From: a bacterium
GTDB taxonomy: Bacteria; Zhuqueibacterota; Zhuqueibacteria; Residuimicrobiales; Krinioviventaceae
Assembly (NCBI GenBank): GCA_963674595.2
Contig: CAXXFV010000027.1
Coordinates: forward strand, 192,001 to 256,000
DNA: 64,000 nucleotides
Direction: 5' to 3'
Shown: positions 33,708 through 44,195 of the stretch, in pieces
Position numbering within the stretch: the stretch's first letter is position 1
Layout of the letters: each line of letters starts with the position of its first letter
Notes under the pieces: model-generated
What the model saw: only the letters and a program-made list of their open reading frames with translations
Database searches by the model: none
Told to the model about the DNA's origin: nothing
Made by a program: the position numbers and the translations under genes

Positions 33708-34832
33708 CTATTTAATCCTGTTTTGAAATTTTTGTACTGCAAATCCGAAAATTGTTCCACTAAAAATTAATAAAGCAATTCCCTGACTATAAAGATGATG
33801 TAACTCTGCTCCTTTTACAAATATTTCACGAATAATAACCATAAAATATCTTAATGGATTTACATAACTTAAAATCTGTGCAAATTTTGGCATATTTTCT
33901 ATGGGAAAAACAAAGCCGGACATTAAAAATATAAATATCATTGCAAACCAGGTCATAAAAAGCGCCTGTTGTTGGGTATGTGCAATAGATGAAACAAACA
34001 AACCCAGCCCAAGACAGGTAAAGATATAAATGACGGCAAATAATGCAAATAGAAATAAATTACCGACAATTGGAATATCGTACCACAATTTTGCAAAAAC
34101 AATGGCAATAACCAATTCAATAATACCCAGGATGGCAAAGGGTACAATTTTACCAATTAAAAGCTCATATTTTTTAATGGGTGTTACCAGCAACTGTTCC
34201 AACGTTCCGATTTCCCGTTCACGGACCAGGCCCATGGCAGACAATAAAGAAGTTATCATGGTCAGCAAAAAAGCAGCAATCCCGGGGATCATAAAATCGC
34301 TATAGACTAATTCCGGATTATACCAGATACGAATTTTGGGGACTACTCTTTTCATGTCGCCGGATTTTACAAAACTTTTTTGTTTAATGTCCAATAGCTC
34401 TTTTTGATAATCCTGCAATATTCCGGCGATATATCCCAGGGTAATATTGGCAGAATTAGAGTCCTGACCATCAAGTAAAACCTGTATATCAGTTTTTTGT
34501 TGTTTAAGCATATTTTGGGACAAATCATTAGGTATTATAACAGCTACCTGTGCTTTGCCCGAGTTTAAATATTCGGCAATTTTTTGTTCTTCGGTCTCAT
34601 AATATTTCAGTTTAAAATATCCGGATGCTTTCATTTTACGTACAATTTGAAAACTGTGCTGGGACCGGTCAAGATCACAGATAACAGCCGTTATATTTCT
34701 AACTTCTGCTGAAATAACATATCCGAGAATGATTAACTGAATAACCGGCATTATAAGCGTAATTCCGATCATTGAACGATCTCTGCGGATTTGCCGGAAT
34801 TCTTTTTTAATAATATGTTTAATTCTATTCAC
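33708..34832 (-). CDS. ABC-2 permease (YbhR-like)
   Basis: KEFRQIRRD, WYNP and VREREIGTLEQLLVTP. Confidence 0.9.
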   Translation of the reverse strand: MNRIKHIIKKEFRQIRRDRSMIGITLIMPVIQLIILGYVISAEVRNITAVICDLDRSQHSFQIVRKMKASGYFKLKYYETEEQKIAEYLNSGKAQVAVIIPNDLSQNMLKQQKTDIQVLLDGQDSNSANITLGYIAGILQDYQKELLDIKQKSFVKSGDMKRVVPKIRIWYNPELVYSDFMIPGIAAFLLTMITSLLSAMGLVREREIGTLEQLLVTPIKKYELLIGKIVPFAILGIIELVIAIVFAKLWYDIPIVGNLFLFALFAVIYIFTCLGLGLFVSSIAHTQQQALFMTWFAMIFIFLMSGFVFPIENMPKFAQILSYVNPLRYFMVIIREIFVKGAELHHLYSQGIALLIFSGTIFGFAVQKFQNRIK

Positions 34833-35942
34833 TTAATCCTCTAACTTTGTTTTAAATCTTTTAATACTGATGGATAAAAGTAACGTTCCAAAAACCACTA
34901 AATATATAGCGGGAAGATAAAGATAAGTGTGGTCTATTCCCTTTAGCATGATTCCACGAATAATAACCAGATAGTATTTTGCAGGAATAAACATTGATAA
35001 AACTCTTAAAAATATAGGCAATGCATAAATGGGAAACATAAAACCGGATAATAATAGAGAAGGTAATAGAGTCCCAACGATTGAAAGCATTAATGCAACC
35101 TGCTGTGTTTGTGCTGTTGTGGAAATAAAAACTCCCAAACTTAGACTGGCATAAATAAATATCATTGTAAAAACTAACAATAAAAATAGATTACCGCGCA
35201 TGGGAACATTAAAAACAACCTGACCTAATAATATCACAAGCAGAGAAATAATTAAACCGATAATAATATAAGGCGCAACTTTGCCGATAATAATTTCATG
35301 TGATTTAATAGGTGATACAAGTATCTGCTCCATTGTTCCGGTTTCTTTTTCTCTTACTATGGTGACAGATGTTAAAATAGCACATATCATGGTCATAAGT
35401 ACGGCCACCAAACCGGGGACAATAAAATGAGCACTTTTGAGATCAGGATTATACCAAATTCTCGGTTCCAGTGAAATTAAAGGTTCAATTTTATGCTGAC
35501 CCTTTTCAGTGGAAAAACTGGTTACAAGATTTTTTATATAATTAATGGCTATCGTCGCGGTATTTGCATTGGACCCGTCAACAATAACCTGCACATCGGT
35601 TTCAGCTTTGGTACGCAATGATTCACTAAATCCCTGAGGGATAACAACAACGGCAATAACTTTACGCATAGCCATCAATTCATGGACCTGTTCAACTTTG
35701 TCAGGCTCTTCCTGAATGGTAAAATAATCGGCATTTGTAAATGACTCTACCAGTTTTCTGGAATCTGCAGTTCGCTCATAATCGATAACACCCAATTTCA
35801 AATCTTTAATATCAAATGTAATCGCATATCCATAAAGCAAAATCATAATTAAAGGCATTAAAAATATAATAGCAAGACTGCGCGGGTCCCGAAGGATATG
35901 AATCATCTCTTTTCTAAAAACAGGAACAATTCTGGATTTCAT
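34833..35942 (-). CDS. ABC-2 permease (YbhS-like)
   Basis: KEMIHILRDPRSL, WYNPDL and VREKETGTMEQ. Confidence 0.9.
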   Translation of the reverse strand: MKSRIVPVFRKEMIHILRDPRSLAIIFLMPLIMILLYGYAITFDIKDLKLGVIDYERTADSRKLVESFTNADYFTIQEEPDKVEQVHELMAMRKVIAVVVIPQGFSESLRTKAETDVQVIVDGSNANTATIAINYIKNLVTSFSTEKGQHKIEPLISLEPRIWYNPDLKSAHFIVPGLVAVLMTMICAILTSVTIVREKETGTMEQILVSPIKSHEIIIGKVAPYIIIGLIISLLVILLGQVVFNVPMRGNLFLLLVFTMIFIYASLSLGVFISTTAQTQQVALMLSIVGTLLPSLLLSGFMFPIYALPIFLRVLSMFIPAKYYLVIIRGIMLKGIDHTYLYLPAIYLVVFGTLLLSISIKRFKTKLED

Positions 35943-35967
35943 ATATACTTCCTAAAAATTTTACTAT

Positions 35968-36696
35968 TTAACGATCTATCAAATGGATAAAAACATCCTG
36001 AATATTATTTAAGGAATATTTCTCCTTGAGCTGTTTCGGCGAACCCATTGCAATAATTTTCCCGCTATGCATAATGGAAATTCGATTACAATATTCCACT
36101 TCATCCATATAGTGTGTTGTAACAAAAATTGTCGTTCCGTTCTGGGCCAGATCATATATCTTTTGCCAGAACTCTCTTCTAGAAATGGGATCAACACCAC
36201 CGGTCGGTTCATCTAAAAATAATATTTTCGGTTTATGCAAAATAGAACAACCAAGAGCAAGCCGCTGCTTCCAGCCCAAAGGCAGGTCTCCTGTTAACTT
36301 GTTTGCCAAATCTTCAAGATCAAAATCAGTCAGTGTGTTCTCAATAACATCTTTTAACTGATTTTTCTCAAGACCGTAGACACCACCAAAAAATTCAATA
36401 TTTTCTTTAACTGTCAAATCATCGTATAAAGAAAATTTTTGTGACATATAACCGATATTTTGTTTAATCTTGTCTGTCTCTTTATAAACGTCAAATCCTT
36501 CAATTCGGGCTTGTCCTGAACTGGGCAAAAGTAATCCGCATAACATTCGGATTGTTGTGGTTTTACCAGCGCCATTGGCACCAAGAAAGCCGAAAATTTC
36601 TCCATCAAACACCTGAAAGGATATATTGTCAACAGCGACAAAATCACCAAACCGGCGTGTTAATTCATTTACATTTACAGAAATATCTCGTGTCAT
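35968..36696 (-). CDS. ABC transporter ATP-binding protein (equivalent to the YbhF C-terminal half)
   Basis: GANGAGKT, LPLGWKQR and FLDEPTGGVD. Confidence 0.92.
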   Translation of the reverse strand: MTRDISVNVNELTRRFGDFVAVDNISFQVFDGEIFGFLGANGAGKTTTIRMLCGLLLPSSGQARIEGFDVYKETDKIKQNIGYMSQKFSLYDDLTVKENIEFFGGVYGLEKNQLKDVIENTLTDFDLEDLANKLTGDLPLGWKQRLALGCSILHKPKILFLDEPTGGVDPISRREFWQKIYDLAQNGTTIFVTTHYMDEVEYCNRISIMHSGKIIAMGSPKQLKEKYSLNNIQDVFIHLIDR

Positions 36697-36699
36697 AAT

Positions 36700-37608
36700 T
36701 TATTTCTTCATTAATTCAACAAAAACGTCTTCAATTCCAGGTTTAATAGGTTTAGCCGTATAGGAACCCTGTTCTAAAATGTCTTTAACGGAATGTAACA
36801 TTTCACTTTTATCGTTTCCCAATAAATGTATTCGGTCGCCAAAAACCTGAACAGAATCAAATTTATCTGAAGAACTTAGCTTTCGTGATGTGGTTACAAA
36901 ATCCTGACATTCTATTTCCAATAAAGATTTATCAAGCAAATCAGGGATATTTTCAGGTTTGTCTTTGGCTAACATTTTTCCTTTATGGACAAAAGCAATC
37001 TCATCACACTTGGCGGCCTCATCCATATAGGGTGTGGAAACTAGTATGGTTACACCTTCATTCTTTAAATCTTTAAGAATCTCCCAAAATTCTTTACGGG
37101 AAACCGGATCGACACCGGTTGTGGGTTCATCAAGAAACAACAGTTTTGGTGTATGAATGAGCGTACAGGACAGGGCCAGCTTTTGCTTCATGCCTCCGGA
37201 AAGTGCCTGAGACTGTCGGTTTTTAAAGGGTCCTAATTTGCTAAAATGCAAAAGCCGCTGCATGCGTTTTTCTCTTTCATCTTTGGGAACCTGAAACAGA
37301 TCCGCAAAAAATTTCAAATTTTCTGCAACCGTCAAATCCGGATAAAGAGAAAACCGCTGCGGCATGTAGCCGATAAAAGCGCGAATTTTGTGCGTTTCTT
37401 TATTTGCATCCAACCCGGCGATTTTGCAACTTCCGGCGTCAGCCGCCAGCAAACCACACAAAATACGCATGGTCGTTGTTTTTCCGGCACCATCAGGCCC
37501 AATCAACCCCACCATCTTACCCTGATCAACATGAAGGTTCAGTCCGTCAACAGCTTTAACCGTTCCGTAACTTTTTTCAAGATTTTCAATTATTATATCG
37601 AATTTCAT
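36700..37608 (-). CDS. ABC transporter ATP-binding protein (equivalent to the YbhF N-terminal half)
   Basis: GPDGAGKT, LSGGMKQK and LDEPTTGVDP. Confidence 0.92.
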   Translation of the reverse strand: MKFDIIIENLEKSYGTVKAVDGLNLHVDQGKMVGLIGPDGAGKTTTMRILCGLLAADAGSCKIAGLDANKETHKIRAFIGYMPQRFSLYPDLTVAENLKFFADLFQVPKDEREKRMQRLLHFSKLGPFKNRQSQALSGGMKQKLALSCTLIHTPKLLFLDEPTTGVDPVSRKEFWEILKDLKNEGVTILVSTPYMDEAAKCDEIAFVHKGKMLAKDKPENIPDLLDKSLLEIECQDFVTTSRKLSSSDKFDSVQVFGDRIHLLGNDKSEMLHSVKDILEQGSYTAKPIKPGIEDVFVELMKK

Positions 37609-37635
37609 AACTTCCTCTAGCTGTTGATGAATATG

Positions 37636-38520
37636 CTAATCAAGATAAACATCAGCAGGCATTCCAATTTTCAATTCACCCTCGGGATTATCAATAAGGA
37701 CTTTAACAGCATAAACAAGATCGGCACGAGCTTCCTTTGTTTGTACATTTTTAGGTGTAAATTCAGCCTTTGGTGAAATCCAGGAAACATGCCCGACAAA
37801 CTCTTTTGAATTTTTTGAGCCGGCAAAAATTCTAACTTTAGCCCCTATTTTAATTTTAAGCAACTCATCATCAGGCACATAAAACTTGAACCTCATTTTC
37901 TTCATATCGGCAATATTAGCAACAGACATACCGGCAACCGCCATTTCACCTTCTTCAAGTAACTTGTCGATGACAATACCTTCCAAAGGAGAAATAATAC
38001 AAAAATCCTGTAACTGCCTGTCTAAAAGGTCAATTTTTAACTCAAGTTGCTGTTTTTTTGAATATAAAATTTCAAGACTTGTTTTTGCGTTTTCATACTG
38101 TTTTTGAGCTGTTAAATAGGCTGTCTCGATATCATCAAATTGCTGTTGTGTTGTACTATTTTCAGCTAATAACGCTTTTATTCGCTGATACTTTTTTTCC
38201 GTATTTTGCAAATTGTCCTTTGCCACATCGATACTTCGTTGGGCGTTCTTAATATTAAGACGCAATTCATCAAGACCGGCTATTAATTGCTGTTTTTGAA
38301 GAAAAACTTTATCAGAATCCAATACGGCAATAACACTCCCCTTTTCAATATATTGTCCCTCTTTAACCAGCATGTTTGTGACTCTACCGGTTGCTTCAGA
38401 ACTGATTAAAACTTCTGTTGCCTCTATTGTACCAGAACCATAAAAAGCTTTATCGCCATTACCGGAGCAGCCTATAAAAAGAGCAACGAGCATTAAAGTG
38501 CTAAATATATATTTTTTCAT
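37636..38520 (-). CDS. HlyD/YbhG family membrane fusion protein
   Basis: Lipobox, SGTIEA, coiled coil, AEFTPKNVQT and LKIGMPAD. Confidence 0.9.
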   Translation of the reverse strand: MKKYIFSTLMLVALFIGCSGNGDKAFYGSGTIEATEVLISSEATGRVTNMLVKEGQYIEKGSVIAVLDSDKVFLQKQQLIAGLDELRLNIKNAQRSIDVAKDNLQNTEKKYQRIKALLAENSTTQQQFDDIETAYLTAQKQYENAKTSLEILYSKKQQLELKIDLLDRQLQDFCIISPLEGIVIDKLLEEGEMAVAGMSVANIADMKKMRFKFYVPDDELLKIKIGAKVRIFAGSKNSKEFVGHVSWISPKAEFTPKNVQTKEARADLVYAVKVLIDNPEGELKIGMPADVYLD

Positions 38521-38532
38521 AACTCAATTCCT

Positions 38533-39876
38533 TTAATTATTATTGATATGATAATACTTTTCACTGATTCCTAAAGCATGACGCCAGTTGGACTTTGCTA
38601 AAAAATAATTTAATTCGGTGCGGGCCTGTTCCAGTTTAGCTCGATTGAGGTCTGATTGTGCATCCAAAACCTGACTATTTGTAGCCTGACCGTTTTTATA
38701 ACTATTGACTACAACATTATAAGCTTCCTCAGCCTGATTGACCATTTGCTGAGTAACATTAAAACTTTTAACAGCTTCATTGACCCAATAGCCGGCTTTT
38801 TTTACTTCAAGCGTTACCATACGTTCAAGCTGTTCCCAATTTTGTTCTAAAACATTAATTTTAATTTTTACCTGCTGTACTTTGGAACCGGTTGTTTTCC
38901 AATTCCAGAGATTCCATTTTAAACCCAAACCGGCCACCCAATAATCCATCCAGTCTTTTTTCACATAATCCAAACCGGGCTTTCCGTAGCCATAACTTGC
39001 ATAGGCAAATACATTAGGCAATTTTGCCCCGGAGACTGCTTTTTTGCTAAAGGTTAAAGCCTGCTTGTTCGAATTTAAAACATCAAATTCGACACGATTA
39101 TCTAGAGCCATTTGAATGGATTCATTTATTGTAACAGTTTCCATTGTATTTATTTCCAATGTTTTTAATGTTTCATCCACTGAAATATCCCGGCCAACCA
39201 GACTTGCTAAAACAGCACAAGCCGTTTCAAGCGCATTCTGTCCTTTAATAAGTGATAAATCCGCTTCAGACAATCTTACCTTTACACTCATAACTTCATC
39301 ATATCGGGCCAATCCCTGATCGAAATAATTTTTAATGTCGTTTAAATGACTTGTAATCTGCTTTTTACTGACCTCCAAAATCTCTATTTGTTTTTTCAAA
39401 AGACAAATATTAGCATATGCAGATTCTACTTTATAAATCAATTGTAAACGATTTTGTTTTTTTTCATATTCTTTGGATTTTAAAAGAGAATTTGATGATA
39501 ACAGATTATTTTTAAGACTAAACCCGGTAAACAATGGTTGAGAAAGAGTTAAACGAAAATCATAAGAGTCCTTTACACCCATTTCAACCGGTTTTATATT
39601 TAGAGTATTGAATCCCGGTATAGCACCAAATCCCATTTCAGAAATATTAATTTCAGGGACATGACTCTGTTTTTTATAAGAAGATTCAAAATCCAGCGTT
39701 GGCAATAACGCATTTTTTGATTGCTTTTGCTGCTCCTGGCCCAAATCAATCTGATATTGTGAAATTTTAACATCAGGATTGGTTTTTAAAGCCAAATCTA
39801 TACAATCCTCAAGTGTTAATATTTCCTGACCGTTGGCTGCAACAGCAATTAATAATATAAAGAATAACTTTTTCAT
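38533..39876 (-). CDS. TolC family outer membrane protein
   Basis: LTLEDCIDLAL, LSQPLFTG, 'YKNGQAT..QVLDAQ'. Confidence 0.9.
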   Translation of the reverse strand: MKKLFFILLIAVAANGQEILTLEDCIDLALKTNPDVKISQYQIDLGQEQQKQSKNALLPTLDFESSYKKQSHVPEINISEMGFGAIPGFNTLNIKPVEMGVKDSYDFRLTLSQPLFTGFSLKNNLLSSNSLLKSKEYEKKQNRLQLIYKVESAYANICLLKKQIEILEVSKKQITSHLNDIKNYFDQGLARYDEVMSVKVRLSEADLSLIKGQNALETACAVLASLVGRDISVDETLKTLEINTMETVTINESIQMALDNRVEFDVLNSNKQALTFSKKAVSGAKLPNVFAYASYGYGKPGLDYVKKDWMDYWVAGLGLKWNLWNWKTTGSKVQQVKIKINVLEQNWEQLERMVTLEVKKAGYWVNEAVKSFNVTQQMVNQAEEAYNVVVNSYKNGQATNSQVLDAQSDLNRAKLEQARTELNYFLAKSNWRHALGISEKYYHINNN

Positions 39877-39888
39877 ATTTGATAGCCT

Positions 39889-40515
39889 CTATTTTCTTGG
39901 TAGTAATCCATAAAGAATTAAATCTGCAATTGCTTTTTTTCGTTCTTGCAACATATCATGTATATCAGATTTACCATTAAACCACATCTCTGCATAAATT
40001 GGATATAACAAAAAAGTTGATATATTAAGTCCCGCAATACTCAACATTGTTTGTCCTACGTCCACATCTCGTACTTTGCCTTCATTTCGAGCAATTTCAA
40101 ATTGCCCGGCAAATTTATCTAAAAATGTTACTTGTAACGAGTGGAAAAATTTTTTAATGACTTTTTTTGAAATTGGATTATAGTTATTTATTTCACGCAC
40201 AATAATATTTGGCAGGTATGGATGAGCCGCTAAAAAATCAATGTGTGAATGAACAAAACTTTCTATAAAATCGGCAATATTACCTGAAGTGATATTTACT
40301 TTATCAAAACCTTTGAAAAAAGAGTCTAATGTTTCAGTGATAATTTTTTCAAACAGTAATTCTTTGGAATTAAAATAGTAATAAATCATGGCCTTGTTTA
40401 CACCTGCTTTTTCAGCTATTTCCTGCATACGGGCGCCATCATATCCCTTTTCGACAAAAACCTGAAAAGCAACTTTGATTATTTTTTCTCTTGTATTTTC
40501 ACTTTGTTCCATCAT
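39889..40515 (-). CDS. TetR/AcrR family transcriptional regulator
   Basis: 'F.EKGYDGARMQEIAEKAGVNKAMIYYYFNSKELLF'. Confidence 0.93.
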   Translation of the reverse strand: MMEQSENTREKIIKVAFQVFVEKGYDGARMQEIAEKAGVNKAMIYYYFNSKELLFEKIITETLDSFFKGFDKVNITSGNIADFIESFVHSHIDFLAAHPYLPNIIVREINNYNPISKKVIKKFFHSLQVTFLDKFAGQFEIARNEGKVRDVDVGQTMLSIAGLNISTFLLYPIYAEMWFNGKSDIHDMLQERKKAIADLILYGLLPRK

Positions 40516-40522
40516 TTTTCCT

Positions 40523-40591
40523 TTAACTAACTATTTAGTTTAACTAACCGTTTGGTTAATTGAATGTAAATAATATACCTCTTCTTGTCAA
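40523..40591 (-). promoter_or_regulatory. Promoter and tandem TetR-type operators
   Basis: Minus strand TTGACA-17-TACATT (40591-40563), followed by two imperfect palindromes: TTAACTAACCGTTTGGTTAA (40540-40559) and TTAACTAACTATTTAGTTTA (40523-40542). Confidence 0.65.
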
Positions 40592-40660
40592 GCTTTTTTT
40601 AGAAATTTTATATTTAATGGTGGAAATGTAGTAAAAAAAGGCAGGCCTGGTAAACAATTA

Positions 40661-41314
40661 CTACCTGTCAGACGGGTTTTTCCAGTTGAAATTTGGGGTT
40701 TTAAATGAGGATTGGTTGGATTGTTGTTTTTTCATCAGATGCCGTTGAATTTTTGTATTAGAAAATTCAGGAGCTCGAACAGATTTATCCAATTTTTCAG
40801 CCTGAGCAATACTTGTACGCTCCCGGCAAATAGCATAAATTTCCATTAAATTAAGGTTTGTAGGAATTTTAATTTTCTTTTGGAATCTGGATTGAGGTTC
40901 AAGAATAACATAATTCTTATCATAGGTACATCGAGTAAAATCACTCCAAAAGCCTGTTTTTTGTGACTGGTCTCCCCTGTTTGAAATATATTGTACCACA
41001 AAACCTTTGGTATACAAAACCCACTGCTGGTCCATACTTTTGCTGGAAAAAAATTTAATAACAGGAGTGATAATAAAAAAAAGTAAATAAAGAACAATGG
41101 CAGGAATTTTTTTAATCCAGGGAAGTAATTGTTCACCATAAAAGAAAAGGAAAACAGCGATAGAAACTAATAATCCAAGTATATAAAAAAGAAACTTTTT
41201 CGATTTTTTGGGTTTGTATAGCCAACTGGTAATAACGGAACCCAAATTTTTTTGCTCTTCCTCATCATCCCATTTATTTATCAAATTTTTAATTTTAGTA
41301 TTTTGTATGTCCAT
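40661..41314 (-). CDS. Hypothetical membrane protein (2 TM plus small soluble domain)
   Basis: 217-aa ORF filling the intergenic space, with two hydrophobic helices. Confidence 0.6.
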   Translation of the reverse strand: MDIQNTKIKNLINKWDDEEEQKNLGSVITSWLYKPKKSKKFLFYILGLLVSIAVFLFFYGEQLLPWIKKIPAIVLYLLFFIITPVIKFFSSKSMDQQWVLYTKGFVVQYISNRGDQSQKTGFWSDFTRCTYDKNYVILEPQSRFQKKIKIPTNLNLMEIYAICRERTSIAQAEKLDKSVRAPEFSNTKIQRHLMKKQQSNQSSFKTPNFNWKNPSDR

Positions 41315-41417
41315 AACAATGTCTTTATTTAAATTTTATTATATTTTTAATAATTTAAACAATCTTTTTTGTTAAAGCAAGACAATACAAAATTTTTCTT
41401 TTTATTAAAATTAAAAA

Positions 41418-42971
41418 TTAATTTACATCCAAATCAATGTTCCATTTTATCAACGTTGTTCCCATAACCGCTTCAAGATGACCTATAGCTTTTAGATATC
41501 CGGCAATGGCAACAAGTTCTGCGTTTTGTGCTGTGGTTAAATCTCTCTGATAACTTATCACCTGAAAATTGGAAGACCGGCCAACACGCATTTTATCCTC
41601 TTCGAGAACAAGTTTTTTCTTGGCAAGTTCTTTTGCATGTTTAGCCATACCGACCTGACGTAAAGTATATTTCACATTTCTCACAGCATCTTCAACAGCA
41701 ATTCGAATATTATCTTCAAGCTCTTCAACAAAAATATCTTGTCGTTCAAACGCTAATTTGTAAAGCTGATAATTGTTCTCCAAGACCTTTTTATTAAACG
41801 GCACAGCAAATGACAAACCAACATTCCAACCGAGTTCTTTGAATGCAAAAGCATCTTTCATAGCATTTTGCATTGCTTCATCACTGGTAACATCACTGCC
41901 AAAACTGAAAGAACCATTAAGAGAATATTTTGTACTGTTTTTAGCTACTACCAGGTTCATTCGGTGAATATCCAGATATAACTGGTGAATTAACCAATCG
42001 GGTCTGTTATTGTAAGCTTTTTCAAGACAATTACTTAGATCAATCTTAATTGGCTGAAATTCCATTTTTGTGGTAGGCTTGATGTAAAAATTTTCCCCAG
42101 TATCAAGCTGACTTTGTAAGGTAATCTGTCTTGAGATAATAGTGTTTTCAACACCGGCTACACTCATTTCGCGGGAAGCAATATCTGATTCGGTTTGCAC
42201 GATTTCCTGAGAAGCCATACGTCCGGATTCAATCAAACTTTTGTTAATTTCCAAAAGTTCTTTGGCCCTTTGCAGGGCTTGTTTTTGAATTTCATAATCT
42301 TCGTATACAAGGATCAGGTCCCAATATTGGCTTTCAATTGTAGTAATTAAATTAATCATATTTTGTTTAACACTGAGCAACGAAACATTTGCATAATTTT
42401 TTGCATTTTTGATTGGTACCTGGTTTATTTCGATGCCCCTCCCTCTCAATAAAGGATGCCAGAGAGAAACAGAAATCCCGGAATTATAATTTACAACACC
42501 TGCATTTGCCGAGGATTCACTTGTACCATTACTTACGCCAACACTTACACTTCCACCTGTTTCTAAAGCGCGTGAAAATCCAAAATAAGAAGAAACAGTT
42601 TTAGTTTTTTCAACAGTACCAAGAGAAACACTTGAATTTTCACCACTGCTGCCAGAAAAATTTGCCGAAGGAAGGTAACGGTATTGTGCCTGCTCTAAAT
42701 TTATTTTTGCTGTTTTTTCTAATGAACGGTTTCGTTCGAGAATACGATTATGCAGTAACGCAATCTGAATGACCTCATTCAAGCTTAATGGTTTGAAATT
42801 TAAAGAATCAGTCTCAAAAGAATCATAACCTGTACTGTCCGCCGTATTATGTTCTGAAACATCAATTTGTATATCAATATTATTGGAATTTTGTTGGGCC
42901 TCCAGAAAGCCTGGTATAATAAGAAGGACAAAAATTACAGCTATATTAAAATATTTCATTTTAAAATTCAT
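41418..42971 (-). CDS. TolC family outer membrane protein
   Basis: LSLNEVIQIALLHN, HPLLRGRG, YWDL and 'GRSSNFQVISYQRDL'. Confidence 0.88.
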   Translation of the reverse strand: MNFKMKYFNIAVIFVLLIIPGFLEAQQNSNNIDIQIDVSEHNTADSTGYDSFETDSLNFKPLSLNEVIQIALLHNRILERNRSLEKTAKINLEQAQYRYLPSANFSGSSGENSSVSLGTVEKTKTVSSYFGFSRALETGGSVSVGVSNGTSESSANAGVVNYNSGISVSLWHPLLRGRGIEINQVPIKNAKNYANVSLLSVKQNMINLITTIESQYWDLILVYEDYEIQKQALQRAKELLEINKSLIESGRMASQEIVQTESDIASREMSVAGVENTIISRQITLQSQLDTGENFYIKPTTKMEFQPIKIDLSNCLEKAYNNRPDWLIHQLYLDIHRMNLVVAKNSTKYSLNGSFSFGSDVTSDEAMQNAMKDAFAFKELGWNVGLSFAVPFNKKVLENNYQLYKLAFERQDIFVEELEDNIRIAVEDAVRNVKYTLRQVGMAKHAKELAKKKLVLEEDKMRVGRSSNFQVISYQRDLTTAQNAELVAIAGYLKAIGHLEAVMGTTLIKWNIDLDVN

Positions 42972-42987
42972 ATAAAAATACCACGCA

Positions 42988-44163
42988 TTAATTACTTGAT
43001 GATTTTACAGTTTTAAAAGCCGGGTAAAAACCTGTGATAAAAAATAAAAAAAGACTTGTTATAAAAGTAGCTATCAGCGCTATAAGCGGAACAAAAGGTA
43101 TCCATATATTCATTTTGGCGATAAAAAAAGTCAGAACAAATCCGAGGCTAATTCCGCCAATGGTAGATAAGATCCATAAAACTAAAATCTGAACAAAAAC
43201 AGGAAAAAACAAATCGTTAAAGCTCAATGTCGGACCGTGCCAGAATACAATTTCTTTTCGTAATAATATTATCGAAGATCCTATTAAATGCAGAAAAATC
43301 CAACAGGCAACAATTAAAAAGATAACACCAAATAAAGCCGTAATAAATGAAATTGTCCGAATTCTTGCAGATATCGTCTTTAAAAATACTTTTTGATTCG
43401 AAATTTCGTAATGAGAAACATCACCAATATAATTCTTTAAAACTTTTTCAAGAAAGATTTTAACCTGTTTGACAGATTTATCAGAGTTAGCTTTGATTGT
43501 AATTTTGGTAATCTGAGGATTTTTAAGAAATTGTGCAAGTATATGGTAAGGTATAAACAATGATTCATCAACACTAAATTCGGTAGAGTAACCGGCATTT
43601 GCGTCCAAAACACCAACAATTTCAGTTTTTTGATCATTAAAGAACAAAGAATTCCCGGTGAGTGTATCATTATATGTACGAACAAGCTTTGTATAAAGTC
43701 CGTTTCCGACAACACAGCGAAACTGATTATCATCTATTTTAGAAAGAAAGCGACCGTTCAACAATGATAAATTATGGACATTAAAAAAATCAGCATTTAT
43801 ACCCACAACAGGAACCGTCATCTCAACCGTATTATATCTTATTAAAAAATTTGCTTTTAATTCTACAGCCGCTCCCAACACAAAATCCTGATTTTGTTTT
43901 AAAGCGGGTATAAAATCAAGGTCAAGTGCCCTGGTTTGTTGCGGTGCCCAAAAATCAGATTCGCCTTTGTGAATAATTGAAAACAGGTCAACACCGGGTG
44001 AATTAAAGCGGCGGTCCGTCTCTCTTTTTACAACAGCGCCAAGGTAAAGGACTGTGTATAATAGTGACAAACCCATAACAAAGAAAAAAAGCGTAATATA
44101 AAACCTGTATTTGACATTATTAAAATAATGGAATAATATCTGTATATTTGACAATATTTTCAT
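42988..44163 (-). CDS. MacB/FtsX-like permease (periplasmic core plus about 4 TM), degenerate, no NBD
   Basis: GRFLSKID, CVVG, IVGVL, FIPY and C-terminal GFYPAFK. The coupling motif is altered to LRKEIVFWHGP. Confidence 0.75.
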   Translation of the reverse strand: MKILSNIQILFHYFNNVKYRFYITLFFFVMGLSLLYTVLYLGAVVKRETDRRFNSPGVDLFSIIHKGESDFWAPQQTRALDLDFIPALKQNQDFVLGAAVELKANFLIRYNTVEMTVPVVGINADFFNVHNLSLLNGRFLSKIDDNQFRCVVGNGLYTKLVRTYNDTLTGNSLFFNDQKTEIVGVLDANAGYSTEFSVDESLFIPYHILAQFLKNPQITKITIKANSDKSVKQVKIFLEKVLKNYIGDVSHYEISNQKVFLKTISARIRTISFITALFGVIFLIVACWIFLHLIGSSIILLRKEIVFWHGPTLSFNDLFFPVFVQILVLWILSTIGGISLGFVLTFFIAKMNIWIPFVPLIALIATFITSLFLFFITGFYPAFKTVKSSSN

Positions 44164-44195
44164 AAGTGCCTAAATGATTTATAAGAGATACCAGA

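Noticed and set aside
35968-37608. Two adjacent ABC ATPase genes as a frameshifted ybhF
   Set aside because: Each has its own start, stop and full Walker motifs with a 3-bp gap; split arrangements are common in this operon type.
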